The notes under the pieces were generated by a model. That model did no database searches and had not been told where the DNA came from. It saw nothing but the letters and a program-made list of their open reading frames with translations. The position numbers were made by a program, and so were the translations under genes. From assembly GCA_020696365.1 (NCBI GenBank), contig JAEHCM010000002.1:18751-82750 (forward strand): DNA of 64,000 nt. Reading direction: 5' to 3'. This document shows positions 31,308-40,177 of this stretch, in pieces. The stretch comes from Thermoplasmata archaeon. GTDB taxonomy: Archaea > Thermoplasmatota > Thermoplasmata > UBA10834. How positions within the stretch are numbered: the stretch's first letter is position 1; the number at the start of each line of letters is the position of its first letter.

Positions 31308-32552
31308 ATGACGTTCAAGGATCTTAAGCTCATAGAGCCTCTTCTGGAGGCAATTGCTAAACAGGGTTATACTGCGCCAACACCAATACAGGAACAGGCA
31401 ATTCCTCATATTCTTCAAGGCAGGGATTTGATTGGGATCGCACAAACTGGCACCGGAAAGACTGCTGCATTTGTTCTTCCCCTATTGCAGTTGATGTCAC
31501 AATCACCTAGGCGTATTATCCCTAAGTCTCCTAGAACTCTAGTTGTTGCGCCAACTAGAGAATTAGCTGCGCAGATAAATGAAAGCTTTGCAACCTACGG
31601 CTCATTTATGAGATTCAGGCACACTGTAATGTTCGGCGGTGTCAGCCAAGGCGCTCAGGTTAGATCAATTTCCAAGGGTGTTGATGTCCTAGTCGCTACA
31701 CCTGGCAGATTATTGGACTTGATGAATCAGGGTTACGTGAATCTAAACCATTTAGAATTTCTTGTTCTCGATGAGGTTGATAGAATGCTTGACATGGGAT
31801 TCATAGTTGATGTCAAGAGAATCATTTCAAAATTGCCGACACACAGACAATCAATATTCCTTTCAGCAACAATGCCGCAAAAGATAAGCGAGCTTGCAAA
31901 AACATTGCTACGTCATCCTGTGCGCGTTGAAGTTGATCCTCAAGCAACCACCGTAAAACTAGTTCAACAAAAAGTTCTCTTTGTAGACGAAAGAAACAAG
32001 ATCACGATTCTATTGAAATTGCTGAAACATGAAGATCTGAAATGTGTACTGATATTTGCCAGAACAAAAAGAAGAGCCAATAACGTCGCCAAGCTGCTGA
32101 CCAATCAGGGTATTCGGGCTGAAGCCATACATGGCAACAAATCACAGAGTCAAAGAACAAGAGCATTAGACAATTTCAAATCAGGACATGCAAGAGTGCT
32201 GGTTGCAACTGACATTGCTGCAAGAGGCATTGACGTTGATGACATATCCCATGTAATAAACTATGATTTACCTGTTGACCAGATAGATAACTATGTTCAT
32301 AGAATTGGCCGTACCGCAAGAGCAGGAGCCAGGGGAACTGCATATTCCCTGTGCGCGAGCTATGAACGGAACGCCTTGAGAGAAATCGAAAGCCTCATAA
32401 AAATGAATATCAACGTAATGTCTCATTCATTCCATTCTAACACAGCAAGAGATGCTGTTGGCGCTGCTGCAAGACCGCCGCCAAAACAACAAAGAGGTCA
32501 GAGAAGGTCAAATATGAATCGACAGGATAAGAGACATTATCGATCGAAATAG
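31308..32552 (+). CDS. DEAD-box ATP-dependent RNA helicase (motif II is DEVD)
   Basis: Q-motif TPIQ, motif I AQTGTGKT, motif II DEVD, motif III SAT, motif VI HRIGRTAR, and a basic C-terminal tail. ATG at 31308 lies after GGAGAG. Confidence 0.9.
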   Translation: MTFKDLKLIEPLLEAIAKQGYTAPTPIQEQAIPHILQGRDLIGIAQTGTGKTAAFVLPLLQLMSQSPRRIIPKSPRTLVVAPTRELAAQINESFATYGSFMRFRHTVMFGGVSQGAQVRSISKGVDVLVATPGRLLDLMNQGYVNLNHLEFLVLDEVDRMLDMGFIVDVKRIISKLPTHRQSIFLSATMPQKISELAKTLLRHPVRVEVDPQATTVKLVQQKVLFVDERNKITILLKLLKHEDLKCVLIFARTKRRANNVAKLLTNQGIRAEAIHGNKSQSQRTRALDNFKSGHARVLVATDIAARGIDVDDISHVINYDLPVDQIDNYVHRIGRTARAGARGTAYSLCASYERNALREIESLIKMNINVMSHSFHSNTARDAVGAAARPPPKQQRGQRRSNMNRQDKRHYRSK

Positions 32553-32594
32553 AATGTCTAGAATTCTCGGTTCAGGAAAACCCCTTATCTCCTG

Positions 32595-32609
32595 CTGAAA
32601 AATGGATAG
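32595..32609 (+). repeat. Degenerate copy of the boundary repeat (CTGAAAAATGGATAG, preceded by ATCTCCTG as in copy D)
   Basis: ATCTCCTG-CTGAAAAATGGATAG compares with ATCTCCTGAGAAAAGGCCATAG at 53193-53215. It lies just after the DEAD-box gene stop. Confidence 0.3.
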
Positions 32610-32707
32610 AAAGTGGAGAGGGGGCACTCCCTAGGGACGTAATTCTGTTTCTGTTGCATTTCACTCCCTACGGTCTCTTCCGATGCGAGATAACGGCATA
32701 TTTATTC

Positions 32708-32718
32708 AAAAAGAAAAA
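32708..32718 (-). terminator. Oligo-T terminator after tRNA(Ala)
   Basis: The minus strand reads TTTTTCTTTTT immediately 3' of the tRNA. Confidence 0.6.
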
Positions 32719-32790
32719 TGGACCGAAGGGGATTTGAACCCCTGACCTCCTGCTTGCAAAGCAGGCGATCTTCCACTGATCTATCGGCCC
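32719..32790 (-). tRNA. tRNA-Ala (anticodon UGC)
   Basis: The minus strand reads GGGCCGATAGATCAGTGGAAGATCGCCTGCTTTGCAAGCAGGAGGTCAGGGGTTCAAATCCCCTTCGGTCCA. It has a 7-bp acceptor stem with G3:U70, anticodon loop TTTGCAA, and no encoded CCA. Confidence 0.93.
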
Positions 32791-32828
32791 TTATGCTAGG
32801 TCTCGAAGACGGCGATTGAGTGTCGTCG

Positions 32829-32836
32829 TTATATAC
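32829..32836 (-). promoter_or_regulatory. Candidate TATA box for tRNA(Ala)
   Basis: The minus strand reads GTATATAA, about 40 nt upstream of the tRNA 5' end. Confidence 0.3.
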
Positions 32837-33053
32837 GTTTCTCGTTCCCCTGAAACTGCAGGTCGTCCTTCGGATGAGCAGAGCAGCCTCGCCTGATACT
32901 ATCCGAGTCGACCGGCCTCGTCAGGGAGAGGAATCGTGCGGTTCTCGCACGATCCATGAACCAGCCGGAAATCCGTCAAATGGCAAAAACGCATGAGAGA
33001 TACTGCACTAATTAAAGAAAATCGCTCACTAATACAACAGAAGCACGATGCGC

Positions 33054-33365
33054 TCAGGATCTCAGCACGATCTCGATGTTGACGCCGTCGGGCACCTGTA
33101 TGCGCATCAGCTGCCTGAGAGCGCGCTCGTCCGCGTCGAGGTCGATGAGCCTCTTGTGCACGCGCATCTCCCAGCGGTCCCAAGTTTCGGAGCCTTCCCC
33201 GTCCGGGCTCTTTCTGCACGGCACCATAAGGCGCTTCGTCGGCAACGGGATGGGGCCGGAGATGGCCACGCCAGTCTTCTCGCTGATCAACTTGATCTGC
33301 TTGCATACCCCGTCGACCTTCTTTGGGTCAGTGCCGCTCAGCGATATCCTGGCTCTCTGTGCCAT
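33054..33365 (-). CDS. rps10: 30S ribosomal protein S10 (uS10)
   Basis: [24 protein letters not shown]...HKRLIDL; 103 aa. Confidence 0.93.
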   Translation of the reverse strand: MAQRARISLSGTDPKKVDGVCKQIKLISEKTGVAISGPIPLPTKRLMVPCRKSPDGEGSETWDRWEMRVHKRLIDLDADERALRQLMRIQVPDGVNIEIVLRS

Positions 33366-33421
33366 CTTTTCATTACCTCTTCAAAACATCTTGGCAAAAT
33401 CAAAAGGGAAAAGGGGTTTTA

Positions 33422-34693
33422 TCACATTTCTTTCTTCTCGATGCTCACGACCGACCCGGCTGCGACCGTCTGGCCCATGTCCCTGACGGCGAACCTGCCG
33501 AGCTGCGGGAACTCCTTCGCGGTCTCGATCGCCAGCGGCTTCGTCGGCACGATCTTCACGAACGCGATGTCGCCGGTCTTCAGGAACTGCGGGTTCTCCT
33601 CCTTGACGGCACCAGTCTTAGGGTCGAGCTTCTTCTGCAACTCCGTAAAGGTGCACGCCACCTGCGCCGTGTGGCAGTGGAACACCGGTGTGTATCCGAC
33701 CGTCAGCACGCTCGGGTGGTTCAGAACCGCGATCTGAGCGACGAACGACTTCGCGACCGTCGGGGGGCTGTCCGCCGGTCCGGCGACGTCTCCCCTGCGG
33801 ATATCGTTCCTAGCGATGCCTCTGACGTTGAATCCGACGTTGTCGCCTGGACCCGCCTGGGGCAGTATCTCGTGGTGCATCTCGATCGTCTTCACCTCGC
33901 CGGTCTTGTTCGACGGCATGAAGGTGACCTTCATGTCGGCCTTAAGCAGGCCAGTCTCGACTCTGCCAACGGGCACTGTACCCACACCGGTGATGGTGTA
34001 TACGTCCTGCACGGGCAGCCTGAGCGGCTTGCCGGTCGTCACCTCGGACGGCTTGAGCGCGTCGAGCGCCTGAAGGATCGTCGGACCCTTGTACCAAGGC
34101 ATGTTCTCCGACGGCTTCGCGACGTTGTCTCCCTTGAAGCCGGATGCGGGAATGAACGGTATATCGTCCGGCTTGAAGCCGACGGTCTTCAGCAGCTCCG
34201 AGACGGCCTTCTTGGTCTCCTCGTACTTCGCCTGCTCGTACTTGACAGCGTCCATCTTGTTGACGTCGATGATGATCTGCTTCACGCCCAAGGTCCTCGC
34301 GAGGAATATGTGCTCCTTCGTCTGCGCCTGCGGGCCCTCGATAGCCGACACGACGATGACCGCCGCATCGGCCTGGCTCGTGCCTGTGATCATGTTCTTG
34401 ACGAAGTCCCTGTGACCCGGAGCGTCGATTATCGTGAAGTAGTACTTCTGCGAGTTGAACCTCTTGTGGGCCACATCGATGGTGAGACCCCTCTCCCTCT
34501 CTTCCTTCAGTCCATCCATGACCCACGCGAACTCGAAAGTTCCCTTGCCCTTCTGCTCGGCTTCCTTCCTGTACTTCTCGATGATGTGCGCTTCGATATG
34601 TCCTGTATCGAGTAGCAGCCGGCCGACGGAGGTTGACTTGCCGTGATCGACGTGTCCGATGAACACCAAGTTCATGTGTGGTTTTTCTGCCAT
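33422..34693 (-). CDS. tuf: Translation elongation factor 1-alpha
   Basis: [24 protein letters not shown] at 34693 is preceded by GGAGG. Confidence 0.96.
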   Translation of the reverse strand: MAEKPHMNLVFIGHVDHGKSTSVGRLLLDTGHIEAHIIEKYRKEAEQKGKGTFEFAWVMDGLKEERERGLTIDVAHKRFNSQKYYFTIIDAPGHRDFVKNMITGTSQADAAVIVVSAIEGPQAQTKEHIFLARTLGVKQIIIDVNKMDAVKYEQAKYEETKKAVSELLKTVGFKPDDIPFIPASGFKGDNVAKPSENMPWYKGPTILQALDALKPSEVTTGKPLRLPVQDVYTITGVGTVPVGRVETGLLKADMKVTFMPSNKTGEVKTIEMHHEILPQAGPGDNVGFNVRGIARNDIRRGDVAGPADSPPTVAKSFVAQIAVLNHPSVLTVGYTPVFHCHTAQVACTFTELQKKLDPKTGAVKEENPQFLKTGDIAFVKIVPTKPLAIETAKEFPQLGRFAVRDMGQTVAAGSVVSIEKKEM

Positions 34694-34950
34694 ATTTATG
34701 GCCTCCATTACCTACGATTCGAGCATCATGCTCTTGGTATATTAGTCTTTTTGCCTGGTGGCTCGGTCACAAATCGTACGTTATAGGCAGTCTTGGAACA
34801 CAAACGCTTGGCCCGCGGTTGGCAACTCGGTGCGCGTCAAGGCGGTTCGTGGTCTGTTCTTGGTAGGGGGTTTTATTCGAGGCAGTAACCGTGCTCGAAG
34901 ACTTCCGAATCGTAGGGAACCTTGAAATCCAGGTCGGCCTCGAGGCGCGC

Positions 34951-37149
34951 TCAACCCGCGTAATACGTGGCATCATACGGATCTGGTTTGAGCCCCTTCC
35001 TCTGCCTTATCTGCGGCACGACCTTTTCCTGCACCTCACGCGGCATCATGACGAAGCCTGAGTTCTCGGTCGACCAGAGCGCACGTCCGCTCGTGGCGCT
35101 CCTTATGGACGCGGAGAACCCGAACATCTCGCCCACCGGACACTTCGCATGGATGGTCGTTTGTTCGCCCTCCTGCTTCATGTCCTCGACGACGCCCCTC
35201 CGCTGCTGGACCTCGCGGATCGCGTTGCCCATCAGGTCCTCAGGCACGTTGATGAACACCTTCTGCACGGGTTCGTAGAGGACCCTGCCGGCCTCGCACA
35301 TGGCGCCGTAGATGGCCGACCTCGCGGCAGGGATGACCTGCGCTGGCCCCCTATGGATGCTGTCCTCGTGCAGCTTGGCGTCGACGAGCATGATCTTCAT
35401 ACCCATGCACTTCTCGTTCGCGAGCGGGGCCCGGTTCATCGCCTCGATGTATGCATCCCTCACAAGCTCCATCGTCTCGTGTAGGTACTGGATGCCCTTC
35501 GTCGTGTCCAGCAGGACGTTCGTTCCTTCGAACGCGTGTATGCCCCTCGCCTCGCCCCTATCCATGCCGAGGTCCTGGAGTACTCTGGCCATGGCCTTGG
35601 CGTCCTTCACCTTCCCCACAGTCGAGATGACGCCTGAGCGGATCGCCTCGACGATAGCTGGCTCGAGAGCCTCGACCTCGACGTAGAACCTGTTGTGCTT
35701 GTTGGGCGACTTGCCCTCGAACGGACCGCCCTTGCCGGAGACGCACTCCCTGTAGACGACTATCGGCGGGGATGTGTTGATCGGCACCTTGTATTCGTTC
35801 ACGATGCGGTACTGTGTGATCTCCAGGTGCAGCTCGCCCATGCCGGACATCAGGTGCTCTCCCGTCTCCTGGTTGATCTCCACCTGGATGGACGGGTCGG
35901 CCTTGGCGACCGTCCTCAGGACCTCGACCAGCTTCGGAAGGTCCTTAGTGTGCTTGGCCTCGATCGCGACCGTGACGACCGGTTCGCTGTAGTGGAGCAT
36001 CTTCTCGAACGGTGCCATCTCAGGGTCGCTGGAGGCCGTGGACCCTGCTATGGCGTCCTTGAGGCCCGATACTGCCACGATGTTGCCGGCGTCGATCTCC
36101 GGGACCGGTATCCTGTCGGCTCCGACCGTGAGGGATACCAGCTGCGCCCTGTTCGCGTCGGGCATGCCGCTGATGTACAGCTCCTGCCCCTTCGATATCT
36201 TGCCGCTGAACAGCCTCCCGACGGCGACCTCGCCCGCATGTGGGTCGATGATGATCTTCGTGACCATGAACGCGACCGGACCTTCAGGGTCGCATTCCAT
36301 CATACCCTTGCCGAAGGTAGATTCCAGGTCTCCGCGCCAGATGGTGGGGACCCTCAGTTTCTGCGCTTCGACCGGACCAGGCAGGTGCGTTATGACCGCG
36401 TCCAGCGTGACCTCGTGAAGAGGAGCCCTCTTCGCGAGAGTCTTCTGGTCCTCCTTGTGGCAGTAGTCGTATATCTCCTTGAACGTGATGTTGGTCGTCT
36501 TCATGTACGGCACGCTGATGGCCCAGTTGTTGTAGGCAGAGCCGAAGAGCACGTTACCGCTCTCGACCTTCAGAGACCACGCCTGCTTCAGCTCGGGCGG
36601 TAACAGCTTCGTTATCTTCTCGTTCACTTCGTTGATGATCGTCGTCAGCCGCTGCTGCATCTGCTCCGGCGTGACCTTCAGCTCGTTGATGAGCCTGTCG
36701 ACCTTGTTGATGAACAGTATGGGGTGTACCTTCTCGCGTATGGCCTGCCTGATGACCGTCTCGGTCTGCGGCATTACGCCTTCGACCGCACAGACGAGGA
36801 TGAGTACGCCGTCGATGGCCCTCATGGCCCTCGTGACATCTCCTCCGAAGTCGACGTGACCAGGCGTGTCGATCAGGTTGATGAGATAATCCGTCTCGCG
36901 GAACTTGTAGACCATCGACGCGCTCGCAGCGTTGATCGTGATACCTCTGGCCTGCTCCTGCTCGTCGAAGTCGAGGAGGAGCTGCTTGCCCGCGAGCTCC
37001 TCGGACATCATTCCAGCGCCCGCTATGAGGTTGTCCGACAAGGTGGTCTTCCCGTGATCTATGTGAGCCGCTGTGCCTATGTTGCGGATGAGATCCGTCT
37101 TCCTCATCAGAGCCTGGGCCTTTCGAATGTTGTCTTCCTTTCTTCCCAT
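34951..37149 (-). CDS. fusA: Translation elongation factor 2 (aEF-2)
   Basis: AHIDHGKTT, DTPGHVDF, diphthamide-region HEDSIHRG; 732 aa. Confidence 0.96.
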   Translation of the reverse strand: MGRKEDNIRKAQALMRKTDLIRNIGTAAHIDHGKTTLSDNLIAGAGMMSEELAGKQLLLDFDEQEQARGITINAASASMVYKFRETDYLINLIDTPGHVDFGGDVTRAMRAIDGVLILVCAVEGVMPQTETVIRQAIREKVHPILFINKVDRLINELKVTPEQMQQRLTTIINEVNEKITKLLPPELKQAWSLKVESGNVLFGSAYNNWAISVPYMKTTNITFKEIYDYCHKEDQKTLAKRAPLHEVTLDAVITHLPGPVEAQKLRVPTIWRGDLESTFGKGMMECDPEGPVAFMVTKIIIDPHAGEVAVGRLFSGKISKGQELYISGMPDANRAQLVSLTVGADRIPVPEIDAGNIVAVSGLKDAIAGSTASSDPEMAPFEKMLHYSEPVVTVAIEAKHTKDLPKLVEVLRTVAKADPSIQVEINQETGEHLMSGMGELHLEITQYRIVNEYKVPINTSPPIVVYRECVSGKGGPFEGKSPNKHNRFYVEVEALEPAIVEAIRSGVISTVGKVKDAKAMARVLQDLGMDRGEARGIHAFEGTNVLLDTTKGIQYLHETMELVRDAYIEAMNRAPLANEKCMGMKIMLVDAKLHEDSIHRGPAQVIPAARSAIYGAMCEAGRVLYEPVQKVFINVPEDLMGNAIREVQQRRGVVEDMKQEGEQTTIHAKCPVGEMFGFSASIRSATSGRALWSTENSGFVMMPREVQEKVVPQIRQRKGLKPDPYDATYYAG

Positions 37150-37229
37150 GTCATCACCCTGGGTTGCTATTCAGCTATCACTTCGAACGGTATATGAGAG
37201 GTACCTGCCCGCGAAGAGCGGTCTCACGA

Positions 37230-38096
37230 TCATCTCGCCGAGGCAGAGACTCGCTCGACCTCTTCCTTCTTTCTGACCGAGTAGCAGTTGACATCGCCCT
37301 TCGAGGCGGCGATTATCTCGTCCGCGAGACACTCGCCTATGGGTTTCCTGCTCTTGTGCGACGACTCGAGCGCTCCCCGACAGATGTGCCTCAGTGCGAG
37401 GTCGACTCTCCTAGCAGGTGCCACATCGACCGCCTTCGGGACGGATATGCCGCCGTACTGAAGGCGCGTGACCTCCTCGCGAGGGGCGGCGTTCTGGAGC
37501 GCGTCGACGAGCATCTGGAGCGGAGCCCTCTTGGTCTTATCGTGGATAATGATGAAGGCGTCCTCGACCGCCCTGTAGCTCTTAATCTTCTTGCCGGTGA
37601 AGTCCCCGGTCCTCATCATGCCGTTGATGAGCCTCTCGACGACGCTCATCTTGGCCTTCCCGAAGGCCTTGCTGGTATGTTTGCCTCCGGTGTGCGGGAC
37701 GGATATCGGGGAGACATCGATATATCTCGCCATGCCAGGGTCGTCGATGTGGATCTCGGAGACGTCGAACCTGCCGAACAGCAGGACGTTGTCCAACGCG
37801 GAGGGCGTGGGTTTCGGCTTCGCCTCCTTGATCGAATCAGCGGTCTGCGGTTTCTTCGGCGCTTCCTCCTTAGTTTCGGGAGCTTCCGAAGGAGCGGGTG
37901 GTGCAGCGGCCGCCTTGGGCTTACGCTTGGGTTTCGGCTTCTCCACCTTGATCGGGGCAGCGGTCTGCGGCTTCTTCGGAGCTTCCTCCTTAGTTTCGGG
38001 AGCTTCCGAAGGAGCGGGTGGTGCAGCGGCCGCCTTGGGCTTACGCTTTTCAGCGGGCTTCTCCTGTGACGGTGTCTGTGGTTTCTCTTCCTCCAT
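37230..38096 (-). CDS. rps7: 30S ribosomal protein S7 (uS7) with an ~85-aa Lys/Pro/Ala/Glu-rich N-terminal extension containing a tandem repeat
   Basis: The S7 core starts around LLFGRFDVSEIHIDDPGMARYI... ATG at 38096 is preceded by GAGGTGA and lies 5 nt after the rps12 stop. The longest ORF start 38333 overlaps rps12 and is rejected. Confidence 0.88.
   Translation of the reverse strand: MEEEKPQTPSQEKPAEKRKPKAAAAPPAPSEAPETKEEAPKKPQTAAPIKVEKPKPKRKPKAAAAPPAPSEAPETKEEAPKKPQTADSIKEAKPKPTPSALDNVLLFGRFDVSEIHIDDPGMARYIDVSPISVPHTGGKHTSKAFGKAKMSVVERLINGMMRTGDFTGKKIKSYRAVEDAFIIIHDKTKRAPLQMLVDALQNAAPREEVTRLQYGGISVPKAVDVAPARRVDLALRHICRGALESSHKSRKPIGECLADEIIAASKGDVNCYSVRKKEEVERVSASAR
37805..38048. repeat. 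Tandem duplication, 2 x 120 bp, inside the rps7 5' extension
   Basis: 37861-37928 is identical to 37981-38048 (68/68). The flanks are diverged. It encodes KPKRKPKAAAAPPAPSEAPETKEEAPKKPQTA twice. Confidence 0.9.
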
Positions 38097-38101
38097 ACAG
38101 C

Positions 38102-38539
38102 TCACCTCACGGGCTTCTCCTTCCGACCCCTCACGAGCTCGTCGAGAGAGACGTTGTTGACCTTGATCACCTTGAATCTGACGCCGGGGATGTCTCCGTA
38201 TGATCTCCCCATCCTGCCGCCGATGCCCTCGACCAGGACCTCGTCGTGCTCGTCGATGAAGTTGATGGCTCCGTCCCCCACAGCAAACGCGGTGATCTGT
38301 CTGCCGTTCTTTATCAGCTGAATCTTGACGCACTTTCGTATGCCTGAGTTGGGCTGCTTGGCCTCGATTCCGACCTTCTCAAGGACGACGCCCTTGGCCT
38401 GAGCGGACCCCTCTAGCGGGTCGGACTTCACCTTGAGCGAGAGCGTCCTGCGCTTGTAGTAGCGGTCGCTCCACCGGGTCTTCTGTCTGTTGAGCCTAAG
38501 CTTCCTAGCTGTGTTCAAACCTCTCGGCAAACGCGTCAC
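38102..38539 (-). CDS. rps12: 30S ribosomal protein S12 (uS12)
   Basis: [38 protein letters not shown]; GTG start. Confidence 0.93.
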   Translation of the reverse strand: MTRLPRGLNTARKLRLNRQKTRWSDRYYKRRTLSLKVKSDPLEGSAQAKGVVLEKVGIEAKQPNSGIRKCVKIQLIKNGRQITAFAVGDGAINFIDEHDEVLVEGIGGRMGRSYGDIPGVRFKVIKVNNVSLDELVRGRKEKPVR

Positions 38540-38574
38540 CTTTTACTCTGGAGTAAGCCCTACAAACTCGTCCG

Positions 38575-38584
38575 ATTATTAAAA
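38575..38584 (-). promoter_or_regulatory. TATA box of the str operon (rps12-rps7-fusA-tuf-rps10)
   Basis: The minus strand reads TTTTAATAAT, about 40 nt upstream of the rps12 GTG. Confidence 0.45.
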
Positions 38585-38599
38585 CTTGCGGTTTTACGA

Positions 38600-40130
38600 T
38601 AGGGCCTGCCAGATTGTCCGAGCAAGTGGTTAGAGCCTCTTGCCGCAGTACTTGCAAAACTTGGCATCGCTGTCATGTGAGGCGCCGCAGCCAGGGCAGA
38701 CCCCGCGGGCGTTGTCGGCACTTCCCGAGGCGTTTGAGGATGGAACCGCGTGACATCCACCCCATGCTTGAAAGCAGGGGCTTCCTTTCTCGGCGGCATC
38801 AGCCACCACCAGGAACGGTTCCTGCTTCACAGAACGGAGAAGCCAGGTCGTTTGTTCGCCCTGGTTGAACTCCACTCTCCACAGGCATGAGTTCGGCGAT
38901 GTCCTCGCCTACCTGAGACAATCCTCTTTCGAGGATGTTTCGAGCCGCATTTTCGTCCCGGCCTATGGTGTTGCCACAGGCCGGACAGCTGTACACTCTG
39001 AGCCACAACGGCATGTCCTTCACATGCTTGCAGACGTTACATTCCATCGTGGAACGCCACGCTGACGGTTGGACGAACCGATTGCCCTTCCGCTGTACCT
39101 TGTAGTCCACGAAGCCACACAGTTGGCCCCATCCTGCGTCGTGGATGGATTTCGCAAGACGATGGTTGTGGGCCATGTCTCTTATCTGCAACTTCTCCAT
39201 CGCTACGAAATCGTACTTGTCGGCTATCTGGCGCGAGAGCTTGTGGTTGAAATCACGCCTGGTCCTGGCGACCTTCCGGCTCTGCTTCGCCATCCTCTCG
39301 ATGGCCTTGACGCGGTTCTTCGACCCTTTCTGCTTCCGTGACAATTCTCTCTGTAAATGCTTGAGCCTCCGCTCGTGAACCTTCAGGGGTTTTGGCGGCT
39401 TGACGTGCCAGCCGTCCGAGGTCGTGATGAGCGCCTTCAAACCCAGATCTATGCCGACCGGATGCTCGATTGGCAGACCGCGCGGCTCCACGTCCGGTAC
39501 TTCGTACTCCAGCACAACATACCACTCTATCCCTTCCCGCTTCACAGTACACCGCTTGTTCTTCCCGTTCGATGGGTCGCGGTGTACCAGTATCGGCACA
39601 TAGCCAATCTTGGACAGGTATATTCTAGTGTTCTTCCGCGTGACACCAAGTCTTACCGAACCATTGTAAGCGTCCGGATACGTTATTGAATCGTAACTGC
39701 CGAACTTCTTGAACTTCGGATACCTGGCGTTCTTCTTGAAAAACGCCTGGTATGCCCGCTCCAATCGCAGTACGACATCTTGAAGGACATGGCTGTACAC
39801 GCCCTGCAAGAACGCGCTGGACCTCTTATCGACCGCTATCTGCCTATTCTGCTCGAACCGGCTAACCGATATGCGTTCGTTCTCCCATGCGCCCTTACGC
39901 TCCGCAAGGCATCGGTTCCACAGCCTTCGACATGTTTCCAATTGCTCCGCCAGCGTCCGCTCTTGTTCCTTCGTTGGGTAGATGCGGTACTTGCGGATCT
40001 CGATGATCTCAAACCCTTCCTTGTTCTTCGATATGTGACCTGTATTTCGTTTTCATAGCCTAATTCCATTATAACACTATCCGATACATGTGATGTTCGT
40101 CGCCCTATCCCCATGTCTAAAGCCAGGGAG
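38600..40130 (-). mobile_element. TnpB-only IS200/IS605-family element (no tnpA); ends not determined
   Basis: tnpB lies between the DUF99 gene stop (40178) and the rps12 promoter (38575-38584). The boundaries are guesses from flanking gene and promoter positions. Confidence 0.45.
38799..39941 (-). CDS. tnpB: TnpB (IS200/IS605 OrfB-type RNA-guided nuclease); the conserved N-terminus continues upstream without a canonical start codon
   Basis: RuvC residues in GIDLGL, AMEKL and GRDENAARNIL. Zinc finger CNVCKH...CPACG. The reading frame continues upstream as ...GFEIIEIRKYRIYPTKEQERTLAEQ, back to a TGA at about 40050, with no ATG/GTG/TTG before the TTG at 39941. Confidence 0.85.
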   Translation of the reverse strand: METCRRLWNRCLAERKGAWENERISVSRFEQNRQIAVDKRSSAFLQGVYSHVLQDVVLRLERAYQAFFKKNARYPKFKKFGSYDSITYPDAYNGSVRLGVTRKNTRIYLSKIGYVPILVHRDPSNGKNKRCTVKREGIEWYVVLEYEVPDVEPRGLPIEHPVGIDLGLKALITTSDGWHVKPPKPLKVHERRLKHLQRELSRKQKGSKNRVKAIERMAKQSRKVARTRRDFNHKLSRQIADKYDFVAMEKLQIRDMAHNHRLAKSIHDAGWGQLCGFVDYKVQRKGNRFVQPSAWRSTMECNVCKHVKDMPLWLRVYSCPACGNTIGRDENAARNILERGLSQVGEDIAELMPVESGVQPGRTNDLASPFCEAGTVPGGG

Positions 40131-40177
40131 TTGCGGGCAACCGTTTATTTTCGCTCATGCCGATTCAGCGCTGCGTA

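Noticed and set aside
28120-32790. A classical tRNA-targeted integrative element (integrase plus duplicated tRNA 3' end) as the explanation for the AT-richer block next to tRNA(Ala).
   Set aside because: There is no integrase-like ORF in the block, and I found no second copy of the tRNA(Ala) 3' segment at the distal edge.
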